Shown here piece by piece: positions 27,226 to 39,157 of a stretch of 64,000 nucleotides of DNA (position 1 is its first letter; the number at the start of each line of letters is the position of its first letter). This stretch comes from Zygnema circumcarinatum SAG 698-1b. Taxonomy: Eukaryota; Plantae; Zygnematophyceae. The notes under the pieces were generated by a model. That model did no database searches and had not been told where the DNA came from. It saw nothing but the letters and a program-made list of their open reading frames with translations. A program made the position numbers and the translations under genes. The stretch spans positions 7,355,909 to 7,419,908 of the forward strand of contig CM074804.1 of assembly GCA_037447605.1 (NCBI GenBank), written 5' to 3'.

Positions 27226-29296
27226 GATTGGATTGGAAAGGCTTGCGGGCAGTTCTTGCTGCGGAGCCGCCCTTACATTCCAAGTCCAGTTATAGAGTTC
27301 CAGGATATGAGGAGGACCTCATCTCGCTGCTGGTGTTTCGGTTAGGGTTATGTTCTTTGCAGCAGCGGAAACATATTCTCGAAGCTTTTCTTCAATCCTT
27401 GCCGCACCGCACTTCCAGAGTGTCATCTCTTGTCAGGGTCTTATAATACTTCGACAATGGAACCTCTTCCTTATTTCAAGATTCAGGGCCAACCTCCGCC
27501 TGTCGGTACGGATGTTGGAGAGGGGAAACCGACGTCTGCTGAGCAGGAGGACCCGCAGAAGCAGGATGACGTAGTTGCTGAGATGCAGACGGCGCAGCAA
27601 AGCATGCGAATGTTGTCGGGGGTTTCCTGCTACGAGAGTTACATCTTTTCACCGACTCCTCCTCTCTTCCCACACCTTTCCATCGCGAAAGAAGATTTGG
27701 AAGCTGTGCATGCAGATGGAGCGTAAGGCGTTCTTTCCCCTTGGATTGTGGCAACGGCGCTTTATTAGTTAGTAGGATCGTACTCTCTTGTACGAAGCTT
27801 TAATCCAAATAAGGAAGTCGGACTCACGAGGTCATATAGTCTGCATATTCAATTACAATTCAGAGATTCGTCCAACTTCCTTTATCACTGACAGAGCAGC
27901 TCGCTAAGGCTGAAACGAAGCTTATTAGGACTTTCGTTAGATACAGCTATCACAAGGATGTAGCTTCTAGCCGTTTCGCCTGGCATTCCAGGACTTTTTT
28001 CAGTGAACAAGTGACCTAGCGTGCGTTTCAAACTTATGTTGTGGCTAAAGGGCTTGACACAGTATATGAGGCAACATGAGGCTGACACTTGCAGTTTATT
28101 GATCGCCATTGTGTGGCAGACCTCCGTTGGAAGAACTACAGCAGATGCTGGATGAATGCAAGGAGACGGTTGCAGAGAAGCAGTCAGTGACGGAGCAACT
28201 TCCTCCACACGAGGTTGGAGCTCTGCCCTGCAAATCCATTAATATACAGTATCTAGAGCTCCTTGGGTGCTGGATTGGCTTGAGGCCTATTTCTGAATGC
28301 CGATTTGCAGTATATGTTTGTCTTGCTGTCATCTTCAATATGGATTGACTTAGTTTTTCCTTAGAGCTATCATCACTTAAGAGACGATGTCTGTATCCTG
28401 CAGGTGCACAGTCGAGAGGAATTCGATGTGGAAAATTCTGACTATGAACAGATTGCTCAACGCTTCTATCAAAATTCAGAAGATTTTCGAATTCTTTTTG
28501 AAAAGGTACGGACCAGGGCTATTCCTTGTCTTCTTTGGTAGCAGACGCCTGCCGCCCCCGTTATTTATTTGGAATCAACCTTTTTCCAAGAGTCGTGACC
28601 TTGCGCCAGACACATCTTTCTGAGATTGGCATTCTTTCTGCAATGTTGCACATGCTTCTGCCCAGCAGGAAGGCTTGGAGAATGTTGTTCCCAGGTAATG
28701 GCACAATGCATCGTGTTTTGCTATCCTCTGCCTACTACATTGCATCATACTTTTTCACTTTTCGTCTGGGTACAGACCCTCCGAGTGTGGATACAACAAA
28801 TTCAACCAGAAAAAATGAGGGGCATTGGGCCAATGGCCAGGAAGGTCCTGCAGGCTACTGACAAGGTGGACAAGGTATGTTCTCAGCATTTGAGCTTTAT
28901 CTGCATGGTCTGAATGGAAGTGAAAACCCACTAATGCATCAGGCATATATCAAGGGTGAAATGCAATGCATGCTATGACTGCTTGTGCTGGAAGTTTTTG
29001 GGCAGTGACATTTGACGACATAATGCATGTTGCTAAGCTCATATACGAGCTCTATTGAACCATTGTTTGGGGGGTGAACTGGGGGCATCTGTCAGGTCCT
29101 CAGCAGCTTGCATGAGATCCACACAGCACAGGCCCAGATATTGGAGAAGGGGCATAGGCCGAGGGCAGGCAGTGAGGCTCTCAGCGCAAAGGAAGAGGAC
29201 ATTGACGACTTGGTGAAAGAATGTGCGGAGGAAAAAGTTTATCTCGCTGATATCCGGGCAGAGCTTTGCAGGACAAAGGCGACAGCTGGTGCTTGA
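27226..29296 (+). CDS. AUG7: Augmin subunit 7 (HAUS7/AUG7)-like, multi-exon; 5' exon(s) not identified
   Basis: The exon peptides YIFSPTPPLFP, RPPLEELQQML, SDYEQIAQRFYQNSEDFRILFEK, TLRVWIQQIQPEKMRGIGPMARKVLQATDK and VLSSLHEIHTAQ...IDDLVKECAEEKVYL run collinear with recalled plant AUG7 (LIFSEECKLFP, PDVSELETKL, EIRPW...LHGFGPAANRLL, TRIVSDCE). Confidence 0.68.
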
Positions 29297-29606
29297 TAGT
29301 GCCTTGTACAGAGCTGCCTCTCTCATTTCTTGGCCGGCAGGAACATGCGTCCGTGTAGCACGACTGAGCATGTACAGAACCAATGCTTTTGTAGGCGCAT
29401 TCCTTCACGGTTTTTCACAGAATGGGTTGAGAGTGCCACGCATGCAAACCTCATATTTGGGCAAATGGAACCACAACAAAACGAAAAGAACAATAAGGAA
29501 CGCTTTTTTTAATACAGGTAACTGTGCGTTCCTCGTAGATTTGTGGAACATTGAACTGCACGGGTCTGTTAGGATGATGCGCACTCTGTCCCCATAAAGG
29601 ATGGCG

Positions 29607-32600
29607 TCAGGAGACACCATGATCTGCAATTCGCTCAGTGAGGCGAGTGAACCGCGCATCGTCCTTCACAAGGGTGATGGCCTCCTGGATGACTCGCCTC
29701 GGCCCGACCACAATTGCTAACCGCTGAGCGCGAGTGATTGCGGTGTAAAGAAGCTTGCGGCTGCCATGACCAAAAACAGATTACGAGATCGGTTAGCTGT
29801 GGCTGAAGTCTTGGTCAACAGTGCGCTATCCCAAAAGGCATCTGTTTTGTTAGGCACGCGCTTGTGGTGGAGGGCAGTTCAGAGAGGACAGGGACTCCCA
29901 TGGGGATAGATGCATGCAGGCATCGTTTCGGCGTCATCTGTTTGGCAGAACATTTTTTTTTTTTTTCAAGCCCGGGGCGCTGCCGCTGGCAGAAGCTTGC
30001 AAGTCAGGGCGTGGCCCCCCTCACCTGAGGATGCGGCTGTAGGAGGCCGACATGGGAAGGATGACGACCGGGTACTCGCTGCCCTGCGACTTGTGCACAG
30101 TGATGGCCTGCAGGCCGGCATGCCCAGCAGGAGGGGGGGCACAGTCAGTTGATGCTGCGGACCGAAGGGTGACAAAAGCGACTGCAGCTTCAACTCTGTT
30201 AAAATGTTCAAATTTTAGAATCAGCTTCATCTCTCCCTCCCTCCCTCCCGCCCGCCCTCTCTCTATGTCTGTCTCTCTTACCCATGCCAAGGCGAGGTCG
30301 TCCATGTCAACCAATGGTATCGAGACGCGTCGACTGCTCTCTGATCCAACCACCATGTTGAACTCCACCAGCACCTGAGTTCCATGTGGTTGACACTGCA
30401 CAAACTTAGTAAAACAGTATTTGCAAAAGCCAAACAATGACAAGGATAGGCGGAATTCTGGCAGCATATCCATGCAAGCATGTGCTGCGCATTATAATCC
30501 TCTAACATAGGGATCTCATTTGAAAGCAAAATGGCAAAAACAAGTGGTTGGATCAAACGGTCAAGCACCCTTTTGTCGACTGAATCTATGTCCACAATAA
30601 CTCCAAAGTCTCCGTTGTAGATCTCATTGTCATAGTCATTGCGCTGCAACCACCGCCTTCCCCACATCCTCCATCCCAAACGAGGTATCCCATTGAGTTG
30701 CTCCACAATTACGACCTGCTTCGATCAAGCATTGCATTTTACCTTTTACTCTCCATCTCACATAACTGCTTGAAGTAACCGAAAGGGGTCGCACATGCCA
30801 TGGGTTGCTTACTCATCATCCCTTCCGCAGCACAGAACGAAAAACGACACATGAGCTACCTGAAGTTACTACTTTAGCATATGCTCTCCTCCTCCAACCT
30901 GTCGGCGATACACTAAACGAAGATTCCAGTAACACCCACTAAGCCATCCATCCGGAGTGCCTCACCAGCTGAATGACACGATCTCCCATTCTATAGATGA
31001 CTCCCTTGCGAGAAATCTCCTTCTTGTCCTTGTTGGGTGGATTCAGCAGGCTCTGCAGCATCTGGGCCCTCAGGTCACCATGTAGGAATCAGCTCAGGAC
31101 CCAAAAAGAAAAAACCCATGACATGTCTAAAAGCAGAAAAAACCCCCATAGCCTCAAAAACCCACAATGGAAAGAAACTGGGAATATGCCAATCACCTTA
31201 TTGAAGGCACCCGTTCCGAGCCCTCCCCGATGGATTGCACTTAACACTTGAACTTCCCGGCGGGGGTCCAATCCGAGCGCAGGAATTCCAACTGAAACGG
31301 CCTCTTTTACAGCATGCATCACAGGCTCGTTGTCGGGAACCTGCAAGCAAAAAGGAAAATTCCATAGATCAGAGAAAATACGGCAATAGCACACCAATCA
31401 CAACACTTCACACTTTCAGAAAATACTTCTCAAGGACCTCAAGACCAGCTCAAACGCTGCGGATTGCGTTTGAACGTTAGGTTGACCCTATGGTAACTGA
31501 TGTATTGTCATTGAAACCATCAATACTGATGTTGCGTATAGGAAGGAGTCCGAGAGAAACCAACCTCCAACCAGACGCAGTCTGCCTGCAGTCGCTCCCA
31601 CCACTTTGGCTCGTCGTCTTTTCCTTGAAGCGCCTTCTTGCTGTTATAACCCCCCTGAACTCGTACTATGGCAGGGAATTCCCCGCGGTTGATAGAATGG
31701 GCACAAGTGACGATGGCCGACTCCTGCGCTTGGCGAAATATTTCGCTGAGACGGTACACGTCGACCACGTTGGTTCTGTTCGAGAAAAGAGCAAGCAGAT
31801 TTAGAGTTTGAGTCAATGCTTGACAGTCAAGCAACAGCTTCACAGTCTCTGTTCCATAAGAAGGGTCACTCCAGCTATGACTTCCACGGTCAGATGAGGC
31901 GAAGCATGGCAACATTCCACATCGTTTGATCATCTGACCTTAATTCCAACTCCTCTAGGTCATCACCAACTAACCAGTATGCCTGTCATGCCATCCATCC
32001 TCAAACAACACTATCTGTAAGAATTCACCGGACAGCTGAAAGGAAGCCCCCCATGTCCCTGTTCACACTTATTTCGAATACAAGCAAGTACCGAATAATG
32101 TCGCGCAAGACTTGACCCGGCCCCACAGGAGGCAGCTGATCGACATCTCCCACGAAAAGCAGTTGTGCTTCACTAGGTACGGCTGAAAGGAGAGCTGCAG
32201 CGAGAGGGACGTCAAGCATTGAGGTCTCATCCACAATAACCGCATCAACCTGCACCTCAAAAACGATCCGACTTAAGTCCTTCAAGATAAAAAAAAATCA
32301 GCAAAAGGGGGATTGACTTCAAAGTCATCAAACCCGTGTGTTTATCACCGAAGGCAGTGAACGAGTGAATGCGCATCCCTCACCTCCAGCGGATTGTTCG
32401 CATTTCTCATAAAAGGTGTTCGATTTAGGTTCATAATACCAGACTGCTTCTCCTTTTCAATGGCTGCAGCTTCATTAGGAAGGTATCTTAAGAGTCGATG
32501 GATCGTCTTTGCTCCCACTCCCGCCGCTTCTCCCAACCTCTGAGCTGCTCTCCCTGTGGGAGCGCAAAGGTCGACCTGCAAGGCCTTCCCGGGGTAATTA

Positions 32601-35600
32601 CGTCGCTGCTCTGAACTTGTTCGCTTTCCCGAGTTTCAGCAGAGTACGACAAATTCGAACACATAACCCTCCCTCCACATGAGATTTAGGGCATGAAAGT
32701 CTCACAGTTTTTCCCATGGCTTTCCATAACTTGACAATCGTCCTTGTCGTATGCGTCTTCCCGCATCCCGGACCACCTGTCAGAACGAAGATGGACGCAT
32801 ATGCAGCAGCTATGACTGCTTTTCGCTGCTCCTCTGACAACAAAACATCGGTTTTCTTCTCTGCTTCTTTGATCCAGTTCTCCACCCTCTGCAAGTCTCT
32901 GTACTCAATCTTTCGACTCGCCCTCCTTCGGATGTCGTCGGAGATTCGGCACTGTCATCCACGAACTCCCTCAGAAAACCACACTCATTTACGCACCCGA
33001 ACATCCCATACATCCATTCAAAAGGCTTCTAGGAACACCCGAACTCCCTCCAAAGCATTAGGGCTCCAAAGGAAGATAAAAGGAAAATCCAAACTCTCAC
33101 CTCTGCAGCATAAAGATAAGCATCATAACATCTCGTTTGAGGGTCTATCCTTCCCCTCCTCGCCGGCAAATCCCTAGATCTACTTCTCTCCTTCTCCATA
33201 TCTCCCAACTCCGATTCTCTACTCCCACTTAACCCATCTGTTGCCAACTGAGTCATTGCCTCCCTCGACTCGCATGCCTCCTCCGTTTCCACCCCTCTCT
33301 CCATCACTACCCGTCCCATGCCCTCAAGCTCGAACATGGACTCCTCAAGCTCAGCCATGGAAGGCTCTTCACAACACCCAGAACAAGCAAGTTGTTTCCT
33401 TGTAAGCCTGGCAAGGGCAGCCCATGGGAGATATGTATGACCTTCACTAGAACAGAAACTCTCTAAACAGTGGCGTAAACCTCCGATTCTGCGGCTGGGG
33501 ATGTTCGGATCTGCTCCGATCCTTTGGGCAAAATCGTCGGTGCTCTCAAAACCCCAACCGAGAAGGCCTGCTGAGGCTGTCCATGGATCGGCCTTCATTT
33601 CCCTCTCAGAATTCACTCCATGTCGTTTCACTGCAGAAGACAAAACCCATCATGAGAACGTTACAAAATCTGACAACAATGATGACCGTTCCGATGACAA
33701 TTGATTTCAAATTATAAGTTTTATCGGATAGACTTGGAATGCCGACATACCCAGTCTTTGTGCCGCAGCCATTGAAGCTCCATTATCGATAAGGAACACC
33801 ATGGCCTCTCTCTCCCACCTGCGCTCGTTCCACTCACTCACTATATTGGCTGCCTTTTTTGGCCCAATTCCGACCACCTATTGACCCCCCATTCAGATTG
33901 CGTGTCAGGAGCCTCTAACACGGGGGCCCTCGATTCCCAGAAGCTGAGAAGGGAGGGTAAAAGAGAGAGGGCAAGGGGAAACCTTGGAGGCTTTCCTTCT
34001 TTGGCAATTCCATAGTGAGGTATATACCTTGCTGATGAGCTTCTCAGCCTCGGGGTCATCAAGGACCTTCAAAATTTCGTCGCCATATTTTGACACCATC
34101 AACGCCGCGGTCTTGGGCCCAACTCCTTTGATTACTCCGCCGGCCAGATATCTGCTTCCAGTATGTGCATGGATACCTCCAAGAAAGGGGTCAAACCTGA
34201 GATCAGCATGGCACGAAGAAACACATGCTCTAGCACAACTGAATTTGAGAGCTACCTGCTCACGTTTGGATGTCAAAAAACGAAGGGCGTTTCGGACTTC
34301 CTTTGGACCCATAAAAGCATGCTCGGTTGGTTACTATGGTAGCCTACTTCGCATGACACTTTGGCAACTCAATGAAGTGTTCCCGATCCTGATTCTGACC
34401 ATTGCAAGTCCAATCACCAGCAGACATTGTTGTGTCGTGCGCATCCAAGTCTTACCAAGGTCGTTCCAACCCAGCTACTTAAAAATGAAGCTAGTCAATA
34501 TTCAACCAATGGGTCGACTATCGGTTATTGCTGTGGGACTACATCACCCTGCCAGCTCTAGATACCTGGAGTGCCAAACTCTACATTCAGAAAAATATGG
34601 ACTTTCAGAAAATCAGCAAGTATAGAAAGCAAGCATGCCAGAATTCTTCGGGTTTGTGCCCAAGGAGTTACTGATTATGGAAGGATACAAAAGCGAAGAG
34701 GATAGAAGCGGCAAACGACAATGAAGCAATAAACTGCATGGGTCTTCAATGCGGGCCCCAATTAATATTCATCTTCACGTTGATTGTGTGTCAAGTGTTA
34801 CTTGACAATGTAGTTTCCATTAGCATATGCCCAGGAACTCCAATTATGCACGAAAAAAGCTAGTTCGTACATGAATTTTTAAGTTGACAGCTGAACGTGC
34901 ATTTCTACAAAAAAATGTCCAGAGAAAGGGAAGTAGCTGTTTTCTCAAACTTTTCTTATGAAAAGGTTGACAAAGAGTTCAAGTACAGGTACACTCTGTA
35001 TGTAATTTTCAGGCAAATGCATTGCCATTCAATCTCAAGCGTATAGCATGTTGATTGTCTGAGTCATACTTTTAACTGCCTTTGAAGGGTAAATCCCTCA
35101 CCTTTCCATATCTTCTTTCAAAATCGGCATGATCTCCTCGCTCCTCGCCGCTGCAAACTCAATTCCCCACTTTGATTCTTTCCAGTGACCATGAAACAGC
35201 ATAGATTGGCCCTCTCGAAGTCCCCCTAAAACTCCAACAACAGCAACTACACCTTCCCTAGGAGGTGGTGCCTTTAAAGCCATCTTCTTCCCGTTGTGCC
35301 TACTCCTAACCAGAATCTCTTTTCTACCACCTGCATTCTCTCCCCGGGGAATAGGCATTGGACTCGAAGAGCCGATTGGTCGCACCTTTGCCACAGTGTA
35401 GCCGTTTTCAGGATTTTGAAACGAGATTCTGACGACTATTCCTTGCAAAGAAATTGCTTCGACAGCTGGTGATGCTTGTTTCTGAACTGCTCTGCGTACT
35501 GGCCCTGCTTGTTTCAACAACAAAGAATCGCCTACTGCATTCGAGTTCCCCGGAATCCCATCTTTCGACTCCTGCTCATATCTCTTGCTCGGCGAATTCT

Positions 35601-36884
35601 GGCTGAGTTCCAGGCCTGGGTTGATTGCCATTCTCTGAGGAGACGGCGTCGTGTTCGCCTGTACCTTGAAATTACTTCTAAACGCTGTTCCATCACTCGC
35701 TGGCGCACGGCTTCCATCAAAGTAATTTCCTGCTTCCTGCAGGCAGCATCCTCGCCACTTTGAGGCTCAGATATTCTCAGCAGCAATGCGCTCGTGCGCT
35801 CAGATACTCTTTTAGGGTGACTGCATAGGAACAACTCCACGACTGGCTTGTGTAGTAATTAACATAATTAATGATCCCCTTTCAGCGCGATTGATATGAT
35901 TTTACTTCATGTAAGGCTCTCGTCTTATAAAACCCTCGTTCCTGCATGGTTTCTCAACGTCTATCTATTATGGACAAGAATTTGTCCTCTGTGAAAGATG
36001 ATCGTCCTTTGCAATTTAGTTTGAAAGGCCATGTCAACTAACAGGCCTCGCTTTAGCCAGAGAACAAAGGCCTGACTGCGTTCCTACAAGTTCAATTGAG
36101 AACCAAGAATTCGACAGTAACAAAGCTACGGCGTGATAAGAGTTTAACCTTCATCCGATAAGTCACTCAGGGGTTTTAGCCAATGTTTCGGTTTTTTAAG
36201 TTTTCTGGATCTCAGATTGTCCAGAGTGGCGAAATTTCTGCTTGATGCTTGAAAGAATAAATAATTCCACTTCAATTCAGCTTTAAGTGTAGGCTTTCAA
36301 TGTACTTGCATTTCAGATATTGGAAACGGAATTTAAAGTGTTAAGCACAGGATTTAATAGTAGCCTGCACTGTTCGACTCCCGGCTTCCACGAAAGATAA
36401 GATAGGATTTAAAATGCATGGAATTTAACTTGATTAAAAAGCAGAGGCGGAATGTAGTGAATGAATGAATTGACCGATAGCATTCCTCACAAACCAAACC
36501 TGAATCTGATGTGCAACATTTCCCCACCGCGTGAGTGGCCGGCACAGGAGCGGAGATGGAGTCCGTTTGGTGATAAAGCAGGACAGGGGAAAACCGTCAA
36601 CCTTTCAAAAAATTATCCCTAAAGTGCACTAGATGCTGACTGTTGCAGCTGCTCACCTTCTCATTGTCATACTCCGTTGAAGTCAGCGACACCGCCGATA
36701 AAGCGGATGACCTCTGCACACTACCCTTTTCCGGGAGCAAATAAGCGAACCTGTCCTGAAATTCTGGAGGAGAAAACAGCCGCTTAGGATTTGTGAAGCC
36801 TTCTGAGCTTGACAGAAGGGAGGCCCTGCGCTGTATGGACCTGCTCAATGTGCCTGCGACAGACTTGGCAAACACCGAAGCCAT
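29607..36884 (-). CDS. recD2: RecD2 (RecD/TraA family) SF1B 5'-3' DNA helicase with N-terminal organelle-targeting-like peptide, ~14 exons
   Basis: N-terminal OB region [22 protein letters not shown]; HhH region [15 protein letters not shown]; Walker [11 protein letters not shown]; [10 protein letters not shown]; KTIHRLL; IVDETSMLD; [13 protein letters not shown]; [11 protein letters not shown]; NGDFG; [12 protein letters not shown]; LLYTAITRA. The junctions I checked were phase-consistent GT-AG, and exon 1 is 36884-36657. Confidence 0.92.
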
Positions 36885-37394
36885 GGGACCCGGGAAGGAG
36901 GAGCAAGAGGACATGCGGAACCGCTCCTTGGGATGGGGAAGGCTTTGCACTGAGCGGCTTCTGCAATGGACTCAGCGGCCGCCTCCAAGGGGCCTCCCTT
37001 TCGTGACGGCATTCCCCTTTGGAAGGAGTGCAGTGCGGCTATGGCTGCCGGGAACTCACCCGACCTGCAAGGCCTTGCATGCAAACCCTAATTTTCAACT
37101 CCAACCCCCAACTGCAGCCTCTAATGATCTCTGCGTCTGTCGGCGTCAAAAGCCCGCGATGTCTCCAGGCGGCAATCGTCAGAAGAGAGGAGAGGCGAGG
37201 TAGGAGAGAGGGAGGATAGAGACAGAGAGAGAGGGAGAGAGAGAGAGAGGCGTAGAGAACGTGACAGCAAGCTACCAAAGCGTCCTCCCGCGCACGACAA
37301 TGCTGCAGGGGCGGTCTCCGTCCTGCGACAGCTTGCCTCGACGAAATTTTCTCTTCCTTCCGCACACTCCACATGCCATCTGCTTTTAGAAAGC

Positions 37395-38169
37395 ATGTCA
37401 AAGCTTCTGCTTCTCTTCCTGGTTGGCTTTATTTGGGGAAGTAGCAACCCTCTCATAAAACGGGGCTCACAAATAGTGGAAGCTCGCAGTAACGAGCAGT
37501 CACAAGCTTCTGCCCCTGGTGGTCAACAGCTGACCACTAAACCCGGTTCATCGTTTGTAGCGTTCTCCCGAAGCTTTGCTGTGTTTTGGCTCAACTTGCT
37601 GTCCGATTGGCAGGTATATGGCTCGGGTGTATTGCCAGGGGAAACCATTTCGGAAGAGCATGTCTGATCTATCCTGATGTCAATGAAACAGACGGTCGTG
37701 CTGAATGGCTGTCCAGACGTTTCTTTGCTATGAGATATCTGCATTAAGCATTAGCACCTGCTTTGATTTAGGTTATCCGTGTGGATTGTGCTGAACTTGG
37801 ATAAGGGAGGCCTGCATGAGTAAAACGTCAGCCTGCTGAAGCTCCCCGTAACAAGCTCGTATATGTGATAGTTTTCTGCATGCACAGAGCACCTTTCCAT
37901 ATACTTATTGGAGCGTTTCTCTTGTTGTATTTGTTGTCCAATTTTCTTTCCAGTACGTCATCCCCTTCCTGGTGAATTTGAGCGGATCAGTTCTTTTTTA
38001 TGCCACTCTTTCGGAGGTTGAGATATCCGTTGCAGTTCCTGTGGCTAATGCCACCACATTTTTCTTCACTGCTATTGTGGGTTCCTTGCTAGGAGAACCT
38101 GTCGATTTTGTTTATACCGGTGCTGGATTAGGGCTTGTTGTGCTAGGCATGTACCTCTGTGTAGTATGA
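37395..38169 (+). CDS. TMEM234: TMEM234-like small membrane protein (DMT/EamA-like), 2 exons (37395-37613, 37954-38169)
   Basis: LVGFIWGSSNPLIKRG ... DWQ|YVIPFLVNLSGSVLFYATLSEVEISVAVPVANATTFFFTAIVG, with an in-frame GT-AG intron. Confidence 0.87.
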
Positions 38170-38722
38170 GGTAGTCTTTTGCTGTCAAAAGACTGCTGTG
38201 TAACGCTGCCCGGACCTTTATCACCTGTTTAGTTAAGTCTGTAATGTTCGCAGTTGACCATTGAAGTAGTGTATCTAATCTATGGACATGCGGAAACGGC
38301 TATGAACACTGTCTCCTCCTGCTTCTGCTGTTGTATATCTAGTTCGTGTGAGCAGCATTTGACGTTGACATTGCCAGCCTGTTGAAGGGTATAACCGCAT
38401 GTGGCACAGAGCACTTTGACAACCTTGGACTGAGTTATGGCATATATGCCTCCACAAGTAAGAAGCTGAATGAGGACGAAAGGACTGAATGGCATCACCT
38501 TGCTCTTTTCCTGATGACTTGCCGGCGCTAGAGGCAACGGTACTCCCTGTGGCGCCCCATTGCTTCAGTTGCCCGAGGGCTTGCATCGCATTTGGAAGCA
38601 TGCAGTCCACCGAGCACTTTCGTACTAAAATGAGACATTCTGGTTCTTAGAATGCACATTTATGTTTTTTCTTGTGGCTTTTCTTGGTCATGGATGGGCA
38701 AACTTGCATCTGAATAACGGCC

Positions 38723-38725
<3 letters not shown>

Positions 38726-38762
<37 letters not shown>
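38726..38762 (+). repeat. Poly(T)37 homopolymer
   Basis: Directly visible. Confidence 0.95.
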
Positions 38763-38763
<1 letters not shown>

Positions 38764-39157
38764 TGCAACATCTAGCGCATGCTTGCCTCTTTTTGGAACA
38801 GCACGTTCTGCTGTTAGAGAGCTGGGAGAGCGTGTGCTGCAATGCAGCCGCACCCATATATCCCGCCCTCGTCACCAGCGTTCGCCAATCACTGGCAAGA
38901 TGCAGTAAAAGCCAGCCACATGAGCCCCTGTTGGAAACTGACCCATGATTTGCAGGATGAGAGCGGGGCTTGTGGGAAGGACACACCAAACATCTTGTCA
39001 CCATGCAAACGAGAGATAGTCATGGCAGACATGGGTCAGCAGTCCCCATGTGTGTCATGCATGTGGCATGTGGAATGTGGCATGTGGCATGCATTGACGA
39101 CAACATCCATCGTTAATGGACGCGCTACAGGACACAACACGGTCCATGTCTCCTCCA

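Noticed and set aside
33775-33880. Apparent frameshift in a RecD2 exon
   Set aside because: On re-reading, the GTGAGTGAG repeat gives an open frame ([29 protein letters not shown]), so the gene is not a pseudogene at this point.
29607-36884. Bacterial contamination as the source of recD2
   Set aside because: The gene has many phase-consistent spliceosomal introns and is flanked by plant-type genes.
38275-38610. Minus-strand ORFs with a CxxC...CC pattern
   Set aside because: Short, with no family match and no convincing splice context; likely UTR or intergenic.
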